A stretch of DNA of 62,591 nt, the filler included, from Platydemus manokwari (Eukaryota): the NCBI GenBank assembly GCA_037951405.1. It is 5 parts of 5 records of this genome, joined end to end, with 100 filler letters (N's around TTAATTAATTAA, not from the genome) between each part and the next. Parts side by side here need not be neighbours in the genome. Positions count along the whole stretch, not along the records: positions 9,411 to 20,932 come from JBBMOY010631101.1; positions 21,033 to 36,413 come from JBBMOY011295872.1; 3 more parts are not named here. The stretch is one strand, 5' to 3'. The position numbers and the translations under genes were made by a program. Shown piece by piece: positions 13,709 through 27,044 of the stretch. The notes under the pieces were generated by a model that saw only the letters and a program-made list of their open reading frames with translations, was not told where the DNA came from and searched no databases. The first letter of the stretch is position 1, and every line of letters starts with the position of its first letter.

Positions 13709-14784
13709 CGCAATGACATCTGGTACATGTGTATGAATAACACATTGAATATCTGATCTGCATGAATGAAGTGCAGCATGTAGGCTCCATCCAGCTTTAT
13801 TTATGCCAAACACCGAGCTTCCAGGATCCAATGTTTGACCTTGACAAGTTGACAATGATATTATTAATGATATTGATGAAATCGAAACGATTTTATTTTA
13901 TTAAAAATTAATTTAGATTTAAAAACGATTGTCAAATTTAATATTGTGTCAGCTTAGTTGGATTTTCAAAATAGAAACCCTCTTTATCTGTGTTCCAAAA
14001 ATGGATTATTAAAATGTAAGACTACAAATTACGCAATGATTGCCCAATAATAATTACTTGACAATAAATATTAAATAATTTCATATCAAAATCATTATAA
14101 AATGTACTTCAAATTCATCATAATAATTTATAAACCAATTTAGTAAACTTTATTAATTTAAGGAAAGATATAAAATAAGAAAAATTAAAAATTACACACC
14201 TTTAACATTTATTTTCACTAAAGAAGCGGCCGTTATTTCACGATACAACAGTCCCATAGGATTGATGAAAAATTCTTCTTCATTCGAAGCATTTCTCAAC
14301 TAAAATGGATAACTTCCAAATTTTAAAATTAATTAAAGTTACACTAATGTGATTATATATTATCAGTGACCATCCATGGAGATCCACTAATCTATATATT
14401 GTGGCCAACTGACACCTCAAACGCTTTTCTTCATGACTATACCCAATACCATCTTCTCCACGTAAATCATTGATAGGGATAACTGGACCATTGTCTAGTT
14501 TCAGAATTATATCAAGTGAAAATGCAATATATATAATCAACTTTGCTTTGTCAATTCACTACTGACATTATGACCACTTGTCACCTGTGACAATAAATCT
14601 GAAAGTTTTTGAATGGTATTACCCTCGTCACCTCTAGCTTTTATTTCTTCTTTTACGAGTAACTTTATTAGTTTCCTTAAATTCTCTGATTGCATTATTT
14701 TATCAATAGCAACATCGTCTGGAGAAATATTTAAAAATTAATAATAAATTAATAAATAAATGAGAATATACCATTATCAGCCAT
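13709..14784 (-). CDS. Adducin-like (class II aldolase/adducin head domain) gene, first five exons; 3' part not found
   Basis: Exons 14784-14772, 14718-14542, 14494-14343, 14299-14200 and 13839-13709 (191 codons, GT-AG, phase-consistent). Translation includes PVIPINDLRG..YSHEEKRLRCQLATIYRLVDLHGWS..YNHIS, FFINPMGLLYREITAASLVKIN and GWSLHAALHSCRSDIQCVIHTH, which matches alpha-adducin/hts head motifs. Confidence 0.88.
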
Positions 14785-15099
14785 TTGTAATATAAACTAT
14801 AATATAATTAAAATTTCGATTAAATGAAGAAACTACAACAGATAATTAGATATACCTAAATTTCAAAAAAAAATCTTTTATAGATAAATCACAATAAATT
14901 AAATTAATTTAATCTGATAAAACAAAAAAGTGTAACTTCGGCAAAGTTAGGAAAAGGAGTCATAAAATAAGATTATAAATTTGTTGAGTGTATTACAAAA
15001 AAGTATATAATTTATTTAAAATAGTACTGATATTTTGAATTTTTATTTAAGCACTTAACGGCAATTTTCAATCTTTGAAATCTTATTTTAAATATACAA

Positions 15100-15480
15100 G
15101 AACTTTATACTTTGGTAAAATTTGATCATTTGAAAAATGGGTTAACATAAGTCAAATTGCAATTTATTGAAAAGTGTCAATGCCCCATTTATTAACATCA
15201 TAAGCAAAATAAGTGAAACTCTTAATTTTTACAATTATGTTATAGAAACAAGTAAAATTATATTATTTAACATGACATGAGTTTATTTAGTCGATTTATA
15301 ATAAAATATTTTAAACGACAAAATTAAAAAATTATATGTAATAAATTATGGAGGTGTTATGATAAGTATATAATTTTATTATTTTATAAATAAAATTTTT
15401 TAACTATTAATCGACCTAGAAAACTCCTGTGTTGTTTAATAATACAATATTATTTGTTTTTTATATTATAATATTGTGGA
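15100..15480. repeat. AT-rich dispersed repeat with internal fold-back; second copy at ~57860-58080
   Basis: The block aattgcaatttattgaaaa..ccccatttt..aacat..aatttttacaattat is shared with ~57908-57995. Arms 15245-15315 and 15380-15465 are imperfect reverse complements. Confidence 0.55.
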
Positions 15481-17119
15481 CATGTGATAATAATTTACAT
15501 AATTTTGATGTAAAATTAAAATTATTTATAAAAATCAATTTTTACATTAGATCTGAGAAAATTATACGCAAAAATTAAATTATAAAAAAAACACAATTTT
15601 TAAATGTTCTTAACCCAAGCTTAAACTTTCATTTTTAAAGATAATTTTAGAAGAAATTTAAAAAGCATTGTATACATTTTTGTGAATAATCTTGTGGCTC
15701 TAAAAATTAATCCATATTTATGTATAATATTAACTTCATGTTTTTTGCATTACCGACATCTATTATATTATAACTTAAAGATTAACTTTGAAATTAGCTT
15801 TTGAAATTTTAGCCATAGATTGCCGTTTTTTCCAATATTGTTTCTCTTAGTTCGATTAACGGAAAAATATTTTTGCTTAATTTATTTATTTTTGTTAATC
15901 ATTCATAAAATTTAAAAATTTAAAATTCTAAAGCATATTTTAAAAAAGAATCGAAACAACATAATAAATCACTAATGCACTTTAGAAAATGTGTGTTCAC
16001 TTTCATATAGTGAATTTTCATATCGTGAATAATTGACAATTTTCTAAACATGATATTTCTGTGAAACAAAATTATACATTTCGTAAAAATTTTAAATAAA
16101 ATAGCTTAAATATCGATGAAAATTGTTATAAGAATATGCCAGTAGTAGTCTAGGTCAATCTTTGATTTCATAGCTTAAATTTTAACAGAATTATGCTTAT
16201 TATTATGGACAACATGAATAAACGAGTGAGTACTGTAAGTAATAATAATTGGAATAAAGTTTTAAAATTAAATCCATGATATGAAATATTTATATATACT
16301 ACTACAAACGTATTATTAAAGTGCGTACATATCACAGCTTATATTCAATTACCAACCATTATATATTCGACATATAAATTTCCAAATTTAACTTTTTTCC
16401 TTCACTTTTAAGGAGGTTACGTCACTTTCATTATCATTCTTAAATAGTTTCTAATTATTTCAGATTTAACAACCCGATCTAATCAATAACATGTAGGATT
16501 TAAAGCAATACAATTATTATGTAAGGCGTTCCGCTATATCTTCATATGCGTTGTTGAACGTCGAAGCGAACGAAGATCAATTAATAGAGGTTCAGATACT
16601 ACCAGAGGGTCAAAAAGGACTCAGTAGACTGATTAAGAAGGAAATAGTCAGTGTCCAAATCATCAAAGATAATAATATAAACCAAAAAGCAGAAACCATA
16701 TCAGAAAAGGAAGTTTTTAAAGATAAAAATACTAAAGGCGTTTTATTGTTATTACCAAATATTTGGCATATTTAAGCAACGCCGATGGAGTTACTGTTGT
16801 TGTCGCAATTTTTACCAAGCAATACAATCTGATAAAATAGATTTAGGAAAAGTTAAATAATAAAAGAGTGGTAATGACAATCAATTTTTGATTATTTTTT
16901 AACATCATTATTATTTTATAATTGATTTTGTTGGGTTTGTATGGTGATTTTGTTGTTTGTTCAACTCAACAGCATGAGTTCTTTCATTAGGTTAAATTTA
17001 AATATTAATAAATAACAAGCAAATACTTTATTTATAAAACTTTATTTATATATAATAAAAGTAAAATTACAATCGTAAATTAATCGAAAAATTAGCACAA
17101 CATTAATGAAGATTTGTAG

Positions 17120-17559
17120 TTGAAAGTACAAATTATAAATAACAGTTTTGAATATTTTATGTTTTCCATATTTGATTATTTAAAATATCCAGGAAATAGA
17201 TGTCTGCTCAGGGTGAATAAAGTATGGGCAAATTTGATCAACAATCTGGAAGAAAGAAATTGTGTTATCACTAATTACATGGATTTTCTGTAATAACTTT
17301 TGACTATATTATATCGATTTTTATCATTAAAACAATCTATATGTTTATTATTGATATCAGTATATTTATGCTTCATAGAATTGAAAAAAGATCGACGTAC
17401 TCGACATCAATCGATGTTTGGTATTTGCGTCGTGTCTCAGAGAAGTACTGCATTCTGGTACAGTTATTGACCAGAGTCTCTTCATTACCAAAGCTTTCTT
17501 TTGGTTTTTTGCATTTATACGGTTTCTTCTTCCGATTCTTCTCTAAATTTAACTCCTAG
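17120..17559 (+). CDS. F-box-containing gene fragment or pseudogene (partial)
   Basis: Exon 17120-17289 reads ..FEYFMFSIFDYLKYPGNRCLLRVNKVWANLI.., matching the F-box consensus IFxYL....RVxKxW..L. A phase-2 GT-AG intron (17290-17378) joins it in frame to ORF 17341-17559. No clear start codon or substrate-binding domain. Confidence 0.45.
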
Positions 17560-19009
17560 GTTTGCGTGGCTTTTGTGGTTTTATTTTTGCTTATAGAAAG
17601 TCTTTGTATTAGCTTTTATATATTCTTCGAATATTTTGTTTAATTTTAAGATTGATTCCAAGCTGGTTAAGATTCTGTCATTCTGTGTTGTCCAAGCTCC
17701 CAGTACTCTTATGATAAAATAATGATGATCGGTTTTCCAATCGTGTCTAATTTTTTAGATACTCTTTCGATGGCCTTTTTTACTGAGTTCTTGTAATATT
17801 TCTTTTTATGAAGTCTTCGTTTATTCAACAACCATTCAATATATGGTAGTATCATGATGCTTTTTTGCTATCTGATCGTCTATACATAATCTAGATCTAT
17901 ATACTAGAATTGCTTTTCAAAGTGAAATCTCGACTTTATGTGTTCATGTGTCTTTTAGGTCTTTACTTGCATTATTTAGCTTTGTTTATATACTGTGAAA
18001 GAGATCTATGGATCTCATTTAATGGATACTAATAATAGCAGAGAACAGTATTTGCCACCATACTCTCAGTCTATTTTTATATTTAATAAGTACAAACTAT
18101 TAAGTGAGATGAAATTCTGCAAAAAGAAAAACGAAAATTACATCTTGGAATCCTTGTTTTGGCACTTTGAACATTTGCATGCCTACACAGCCATATAGTC
18201 ATAGTAATCAGCCAATCGCAGTGAAGCTAGATGGTAAATTACAACTGAAAAAATTGGCCTAGTTACACGAAGCAAACACATAGGGAAGGACCAATCCCAC
18301 TCATGTAAAAACTTTAAAACCCAATAATAACGCAGAAAAACAAATATTAAATCAAAATGTGATACAACATGACACAAAAAATAAACACAGATCGCGAGTG
18401 TAAGAACCGATGTAAAGATGGACAACTGCCAGTGGAAAGCCAAGTTTTAATTAAGACTTTGTAACCAAATGTATTGATTAATACACCTTGTATTGGAGTC
18501 AGTTGTTTATTATTAATAAATACCCAACCAAACGAACAATGTTGATCATTAAAAATTATGAATAATTATTTAATATAAAGATAAATCGACGGTCTCTTTA
18601 ATTATAAAATAAAAATTTATAATAGGAATTTTATGAAAAATTTATAATAAAAAATTATAAAAGTAATCAAAATACAATAAAAAATAAGCGAAAAAAATGT
18701 GAAATTTGTAATATAACATTTCAAATAATTGAAGATTAAAAATTCCACGACAAATGAAAGTTACATATTGCAAATTATCATACTTTTCTTAATAATAATA
18801 ATAAATGAAGTGAATTCATTAATGAACCGAAGTGAAATCGAAAATAATAATAGAGGCTCCTCAACATCGTTGCTTTGCAATGATTCTAGTATGCGATCAA
18901 TTAGAGAAAATTAATTATGTTGTACATTGTTTTATTTAAAAAATGGTTCAGAGTTGAAACGAAGCAATTAAACATGATATCGATAAATTATATTTATTTC
19001 AACTAAAAG

Positions 19010-19630
19010 TTTTAGTATATTGAATGATGAAGAAATAATTAAAGATAAAAATATTATTAAAGATTTACGGGAAGAAATTTCAAAAATAAAAGATAATGGT
19101 GTAAAATTAGAAAGTAAATTACAGCAAGAAGCCAAACGTGAATATATTAAAAACATTGAAAGAAAAATATCAAGAAAAACTAAAAAAATTAAATCTTAAT
19201 GAAAAATAAATATATTATAATGGGGTACTTTCGAGAGTGTAAAAATTGAAACAAGATTAAAAGCAGTAATGAATTTTATAATGGAACATATAAATCTAAA
19301 AACTGTAAAATATTTTTAAAAAATAAAGATAATCAAGAAAAAATAAATAAACAAAGATATTGCTTTTCGGTACAAAAATATCAGCCTGTTCCAGATCAAT
19401 TTTTCGACTTTCTGGAATATAAAAAACGCTAAAGTATTAATAATATTAATAAAATCCGTGTTGGAACATATAAATGTAAAGACTGTAACACATTAAAAAT
19501 AAATAAAGTTAATCAAGAAAAAATAAAAGATACTTTTTGATTATAAAAATATCGACTGGTGTAGAATATTTATATTTTCCAGAACCAATTCCTAAAGAAG
19601 AAAATCAACCTGTAAATACCGCTGATGAAA
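19010..19630 (+). pseudogene. Fossil gene: coiled coil followed by tandem CxxC-x15-CxxC zinc-ribbon repeats (~180-bp period)
   Basis: From 19220: RECKN*NKIKSSNEFYNGTYKSKNC. From ~19409: FLEYKKR*SINNINKIRVGTYKCKDC. The lost Cys positions are single-base changes from TGY (TGA, TCT, TAT, CGC). The DNA duplication is visible at 19281-19420 versus 19461-19590. Confidence 0.5.
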
Positions 19631-20229
19631 TAGCCATGCAATATGATGTACATTATATTTCAAAATATTGACAAAATAGATAAGCTGCAGATTTTTAAAT
19701 ATTTTATGCATATATATGAAAATGTATCTTCTGTTTATGTATGAGATTTTTTTATGATTTTTATTCAAATATAAATCAATATAAAGATTGATATTAATCA
19801 AAAAGTGGAGAATGCTTTCCAAATAATTGTATAGAAATAAATAAAAAACAAAAAAGAATACTATCAAATTCATAGACAAGAGATTAATGAATATCAGAAA
19901 CGTATATATCATCATTTTTATCAACTGAGAATACAAAATCATCTGCAAGGTACAGTGTGAAGAGCTAAAACTTTGAATAAATATCATAATTATTCATTTG
20001 ATAGAATACGAGTTTGATGAAAATATGTCTTGGGAAAAATATGGCTATTATTAGCATATTTATCATTACGGAGATGGATCAACAACAATGTTATCTGAAT
20101 CTACTAAACAATCTTCACTCTTATCACTCTCAATGTCTTCAGTATTGTATAGGTGTATTAATCAACAAGTAGACCTGAAAACTATGTTACCCAAAGTCTA
20201 TCAATCGTAATCACAACAACTACAAGTAA

Positions 20230-20710
20230 ACCTCTTTACAAATCACAATGGCTAATCACACAAGGCGGAATCAGCACCCGAAAGTCAGAGACCGAATAGA
20301 AAGTAATCAAAAAGACTGATTACTAAAAATCACCAAAAGTTAAGATTTATACCCAAGTTACCGGTCAAAAAGACTGGCAGTTACTCATAGACCTCTTTTA
20401 TAGACCTATCGGATGTACCTACTTGTTTTCACGGATCTTCGTTTTCCATTTACTGAATTTGTTTGTTTGAAATTTTCCTCGTATCTCTTATACTACTGGC
20501 AGATATTTGAGTTTGCGGCCAATTGTAAGTATATGCCTGTTGATTTTTAGCTTCTAAATATGGATTAATATTAAAAATAATTTGATTGGCTGACGGCACA
20601 TGTGCTTATTGGATCTCTGTTTGTCGACCCTTTTTAGGGTTATTTCCTTGGTTCGTGTAACTCTTTTGATTGATTTGTGATCTACCCAACAATTGTCTCC
20701 ACAAGCGGGA
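20230..20710 (+). repeat. Dispersed repeat copy B (see 4940-5410)
   Basis: Aligns by eye with the reverse complement of 4940-5410 over several hundred bp. Confidence 0.65.
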
Positions 20711-20932
20711 TCATCTACCAGTCTTCTATCAACCAGAGGATTGGATCCCAATTTCAGAAAACCCAATAATCCTGTCAGAGTCTACAAATGCCCTAATCCA
20801 AGTGAAAAGTGGATATTGACGATGAAAATTTGTGATTAAATGTTGTACCCCATTATATGGTTTTATTAGGCTCATTTCATGAAGTGTACATAATTTATTA
20901 TTGAATATTTTTGGATTTATAGAAAATTTTCA

Positions 20933-21032
20933 NNNNNNNNNNNNNNNNNNNNNNNNNNNNNNNNNNNNNNNNNNNNTTAATTAATTAANNNNNNNNNNNN
21001 NNNNNNNNNNNNNNNNNNNNNNNNNNNNNNNN
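20933..21032. other. Assembly gap with artificial spacer
   Basis: 44N-TTAATTAATTAA-44N. Confidence 0.98.
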
Positions 21033-21687
21033 TTTCAAAAAATATTGTTTTCTTCCATCAAATATGAATGAATTTTCACAACCTAATGATCGATAATGTT
21101 TGTGCGTGGAATATTTTTTATCGATATCAATTATTATTAAAATAATTATCATAAGATTTCCCACTATTCAATTGGCTCATAAACAAGCTCACTATTTTTC
21201 CCGCAACATAAATTTCTTTTTATATGTAAATTTAGTTGTTATTAGATTAGTTTATTCAAATGAATTTCTCATTCAATTATAATTTCAAATTTGATACAAC
21301 AAATTATCATTTAATATTAGAGATTGATATGAATGTTTGGAAGGATTAACCGATTATTATACAGACTATTATTCTACATTTAGGCATTATAAGAAATTTT
21401 CTTTCTTAATTCTCGATTGTTCTAATCTCAATCGTAGTAGAATTAATGTAATTATTTGAAAATAAACGCGTTCTAATTGGTTGACTAGCAGAATGATTTT
21501 GAAATTTGTTATAATCATTCTTGCATCGCAGTATTTTCAATTTTAATTATAATAAACTGAAAAATGTGAAAATTCCATTCTGATTCGATTACAATGATTT
21601 AACAATGTCGACTATGTTGTGAAGTAGAGTATTAAGTAGAGTATATGATTCTGTGATTAAGAAGTTTTAATGATTTAATTATTATAG

Positions 21688-22951
21688 TGAAGAAATTAAA
21701 GAGTTAGAACAGAAACTAAGAGCTGCGTATATAGCAAAAGAACGTCAAGCGCAGATTGCTGAAAAACGAGCACTACATTATGATCGTTTAGTTCAAGACG
21801 CTGAAATGAATAGACATATTCAAGAACAAATTGAACAATCGGAAAAAGAACGAGAAATACGAGAATCAAATCTGTATAAGAATAAAGTTCTTTATCAAGA
21901 AGCTTTAGAAGCTCAATTAGTTGAAAAAGAAAATCAAAGAAAAAAATCGTATGAAGAATTTCTCCAAGACAAGATGATGATCGACGAAATTGTAAGGAAA
22001 ATATACGAGGAAGATCAGAGGTAAGTGTTCTAATTTATACCATAAGTTGTTTAATATTTTCACCAGGGAGAGAGAAATTTTATTGGAGAAAAAGAAAGCC
22101 AATAAAAAATATATCGAAGAATTTAAGAAAATGCGGGATAATTGGAAAATTGAAGAAAGAAAGAGAAATGAAGAGGAGAATATGAAGATAATGCAATTTA
22201 TGGCTATGCAGGAGAAACGGGAATCAGGACTGACCGAAGAGAAAAAAGCTCGCGAAGCTCTGATGTCAAAACTTCAAGAACAGCTGGCTAAAGAGATGCA
22301 GCAAAAGGAAAAAGAACGACGTGAATTGGAAGAAGTTAGGCAAGAATTAGCTTTAGAAGAAGAGGAGCGAAAAGCAAGACTTTACGAAAGACATATGATT
22401 GAGAAACGTATTCGCCAACGATTGGAGCTTCAAAAAGATCAAGAAGAACAGCATAGAATACGCATGGAACAGAAACAAATACAATTGGAAGAAGAAGCCG
22501 TTTATAGAGAACGTTTGATGTCTCAATTTGCGGAACAAGAAAGATTAGAACAAATGAATGCTCAGAAACGTCGTATGAAACAATTAGAGCACAAGAAGAT
22601 GGTTGAAGCTCTTTTAGAACAACGAAGAAAAGAGGCTGAAGCACTTCGATTGGCTTCAGAAGAAGATCTACTTTATCAAAGACAATTAGAAGATTTAAGA
22701 AGACAAATTATCGAAGAAGAACGACAGAAACTGCTTAAAGAACACGCTTATAAACTGTTGGGATATTTACCAAAGGTGACACATATGAATTGATGAGTTT
22801 AAATTCTAATAAATTTTCTCTTAAGGGAGTTATCAAGGATGAGAAAGATTTGGAGATGCTTGGTCCAGATTTCCAAAAGGAATATCAGAAACACCAATTA
22901 GATGAAGACGATGAAGAAATCTGGAGAAGATTCTATAACAATCGTCATTGA
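21688..22951 (+). CDS. MNS1: Meiosis-specific nuclear structural protein 1 (ciliary microtubule inner protein), 5'-incomplete
   Basis: Exons 21688-22020, 22067-22775 and 22826-22951, with GT-AG introns of 46 and 50 nt. Diagnostic motifs: ELEQKLRAAYIAKERQAQIAEK, KMMIDEIVRKIYEEDQ, EQMNAQKRRMKQLEHK, IIEEERQKLLKEHAYKLLGYLPK|GVIKDEKDLEMLG. The N-terminal exons were not found. Confidence 0.95.
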
Positions 22952-25900
22952 TAAAGATTTCATATTACTGGGTAGAATCGAAAATGTTTTTGAGAAAATA
23001 AAATTTAAAATGGTGATTCTTTATTTATTAATTATCATTTTCTTTATTTTACAAAATAAAAATAATTTATAAATTCCGCACAGAATTATAAATGTGATAA
23101 TATATTAATCGAAAGGTACATCTTAAAAACAATTTTTTTTAATAAAATGTATTAATTAATTTAAACAAGAAAAAATATTGAATTTTCACAATAATTTTGG
23201 GGGTTTTTGCGGAATGTAAAATTTGTAACCAAAATAATCTATGAAGGAATGACAAACAATTGAATATTGCCATTTCGGATAAAGCAAATCCAATAATTCT
23301 ATTCAGACTGGTTATTTCAATTCTTTATTATTTTATATTACAGAAGATATTCGTGAATAGTGCTTCTAAATATCGGTAAATTAGAACATATGAAGTGTAA
23401 TGGTGAGGGTAATAATATTTCCGATAGCCAGTAATATTTATTCGCTCTAATAATATTTATGAGTGTAGTATTATGACTAAGAGTAGATCATCGACTGGTA
23501 TTTTTAATTTTGTATCAAGACTTGATCCGATTTTGAATGACAAACTTATTTAAGGGCTTGACCTTCTTTATTTACTTTTCGTACAGAAAGCATGTACAGC
23601 GTGATAGAAAATAAAACTTCGTGATGAACTTATTTGTCTTTTGGAGTCAGATATTGTTGTGCTCTACATTAGGTAGACCCAACAGAATGGACAAATATCA
23701 GAAGTAACAGATATACCAAATAACACAATAAACCACTTGATGACAATTCTTTATCTAATAGTCGGTATTCACCTTTATAATAGCTGCTTAATTTTAAGAT
23801 TTATAGAGACAGTCATGTGTTGTCGATTTAAGAATCATACATAATGCATATTTTGACTTCAATAATCGAAAATAAAATGCTCATCTTAGCTTTTGTTCGG
23901 TTAAACTTCAAAGTCAAACTAAAATATATTGTTGGATACAGACAGCATTTCCAGAAACAAAATTAAATAAATATGAAAAATAGAAAACACAATTAAAAAA
24001 GGAAAGGTGAAGAGGCCTAGACTAATATATAAACAATAATGAAACCACAAGACATCCGCATAAATTCTAAATCAACGGATTTCATATATATAATACAGAT
24101 ATAAATAATTAGTGGTAGAAATGATAGACATAGAAATTTTACTACTTTGTGAATTTGAAAAATCACTATTGTGACTTGCACTTACAGTCAGTTCTTTATA
24201 ACAACTTATTTTATTCAAATCATATTTTATAAGTAATTTCTTTATTAACTATGTATGATACTTATTTAATCATTATTAATCGACTTTGCTTGAATCCAGT
24301 CCACCCAAACTGTAATTAATCTCTAAACTCGAAACAAAAAATCAAATATCTTGTCTGTCGTTGTTGCCGGACTATTACGTCCAAACTATCAGTAACACTA
24401 CTAGCAACAGGGCTCTTGCGGCTGTCCAGTATAAGAGAATCTAAACTCTTACACAAAATCATAGCTGTGTTAATAATTACCTTAATTAATTTATTCCTGG
24501 TTATTTGTCGTCATTCATGGATATATGTTATCATTTACAATTAATTGTTATTAATTTGCCTCACAATAACATTTTACTCAAAATTTGCCATTTATTATTT
24601 TATTTAAAGTTCCAAAATAAAGACTGCACCTACTGTAGTCAGGTTGCTATAACATTGATAGCAATGAATATTACAAATAAATCTTAGATTGAAATATCTC
24701 ATTTATTTTCACGAAGCTGAACCTATATCTATCAATTTTAACAATTCGGAGTAACTTTAGATACCCTATCGAAACCAACCCTAATGAAAATTCATAAAAA
24801 CTTAACAAAACATTTGAAAAGAGGTTGCTTCCACAGATTTTAATGTTCTAAGCCACAATTAGGATGTATCACCAGTTTCAGAGGTGCATAATCTTGCTGA
24901 CTTCATCACAGTATTCTGAAAATATTAGATCCCATATTATGAAGAGTTCATTTTTTTAAATTTCCTCGATGAAAAAATAATTTGACCCATGTCCTAGTAC
25001 GCAATAATTTAAGAAAAATGTAAATTAAAAAAGAATGTCTCTAATTTTTAACAATCGTCAATATTAAATTACATTTAAATCGAAAGTAACACACCAATAT
25101 TAATTGAATGTATTCAATTAAGGATTAACTAATTAACTATATGTTGAATTCAGTAACATTTTGAGTGGTTGCGATTTCTGTATTTTCTTAACACATGCTC
25201 TTGTTCCAGCGATTAGTCAGTTTATGAAACAAAAATTAAATCAAGACTTGATTTCCTTCCTTTTAAAGTTTGTAGATAATTTCGATTTAAATTAGTTGTT
25301 CGACATAAAATCGTAAATTTGTTTAACCATTAAATTGTTTCGTAAATAGATATCGGAATAATTTCCAATCCATAGTTTTCTGAATTAGTTATGAAATAAA
25401 ATTGTTTATTTTATTCTAGATGTTCAATTGAGAAATAAATTCAAATATCTAATGAATTATCAAGCTTCGTGTTGACGATATCTATTTCGCTAAATAGGAG
25501 TTTCGAACGAATTTAAAAATGCCAATTCGATAATACATTTTATCGCTAAATTCAAACAAATCATATTTTAATGTGTTTCGATTATTGATGAATTTTGAAT
25601 ATAAATAAATTTTTATTTTAAAAAATATTTAATTAAAAAGTACTTGATATGATTATAAAATGTTTACATTTTCAAAGATGAATTTTTATTTTTTTAGGAT
25701 TACAGTATATACACAATTTTTAAAGAAAAAATATCAGAAACTAGGTTTTGTATTTCTAGATTCTAATGTAGAATGCATACAATTAAATTAATCGATAATA
25801 ATATTTAGTTCATAAAAAGAGTACATGACAGAATTTAATAAATATTTCTCAAGTCCTGCAAATCTTAAACTTTCTTTATGTGAAGGTATTAATAAAATAT

Positions 25901-27044
25901 TAAAAGAACATATTTTAGAAATGCCAAACAAAACAAGTCGTTAAATAAGTGAATGCATCGTTGCTGTTAGTAATTAGGTAGGTCATAATTTGAGACCAAA
26001 CCCTGAAATTAAAAATAAAGAATTTTAGCGAAAGAATTGTTTTTAATTTTAATATTAAAAAAATAAATTTTAAAAATAATGTTAAATTAGTTGAAAGAAA
26101 ATTAGTAAACATTATTAAATCTAATAAAAATTAAAAATAATTTTGTCGAATTTTATAAATAAAATATTAAATTTCCATTTATTTTTATTAATCGATTTAA
26201 TTAATCTTTAATTTTTAATTTTGCCTTTTATACAGAATTTATGACATTTTGTGTTTTGTCAGTCTCCTTATTTCATGTTTACTTCAAAGCAATCATTTTT
26301 ATTAACTTTTTTTCCTCTGTTACAAGTTACTTAAAACAATTAATTCACATTGGAAAATATACATATGCATTAAAATAAATTAATTTATAAAACATTAACA
26401 CCCAATAAGATACAGCGACAAATAAATTGTCCTCTATTTTCGCGCATGAAAATCATGTCACAGAATAAAATAATCACTCGATTAAATTTAATCGAGAAAT
26501 ATTTTCTCTGTCTAATAAATTTATTCAGAGAGAATTTTTCTCACCAGTGAATAAATTCCAGTGAACATAATGAATTCGTGGGCATTGGATTTAATAGCAG
26601 AGAATATCTGCAAGTGATTCACTGCTGCCAATATAAGGCAGAAGATACAATGAACATGTCCACAATTATTCAATGACTGAAGTAGCAGTTACTCGTCAAC
26701 CAATTATCACACACGGGATAAGCCATTATCTCAAAATTCAATCAGCGCACGGTAGAAGGCCATTCAGTTCAGAGAACGGGAAGACCCCAAAGTTGAATTC
26801 ATATAAAAATGCTGATTAATATTATACATCGTATCGTTTATTTTCTATTATCGAGTTTGTGGCTCATAAATCTTGAAGGGTAATTGATTCTGTCCAGCTA
26901 AAAGGAGTAAGTTACCGTTACTTTATCCAGGAGTTATTAAGGTCGGTTATAAGTTGATGTAAAATGTAGTTTCAAAATCCATTTGTAATTTTTATTTCGT
27001 TATTTATAATCAGCTTTTGTTTAAGTGACAATTATTAATAAATA

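Noticed and set aside
11895-14784. Adducin/F-type lectin chimeric gene
   Set aside because: Adducin exon 5 ends in phase 0 whereas the lectin exons need phase 1, and the lectin has its own signal-peptide-like first exon.
19010-19200. Coiled-coil segment as the missing MNS1 N-terminus
   Set aside because: It does not resemble the MNS1 N-terminus, ends in a stop and runs into the CxxC repeat fossil.
23300-23900. Helitron/PIF1 helicase remnant on the minus strand (also a Helitron-like N-terminus at ~8790-8960)
   Set aside because: Only faint motif echoes (AFCT..EGQALNK); too degraded to support without a search.
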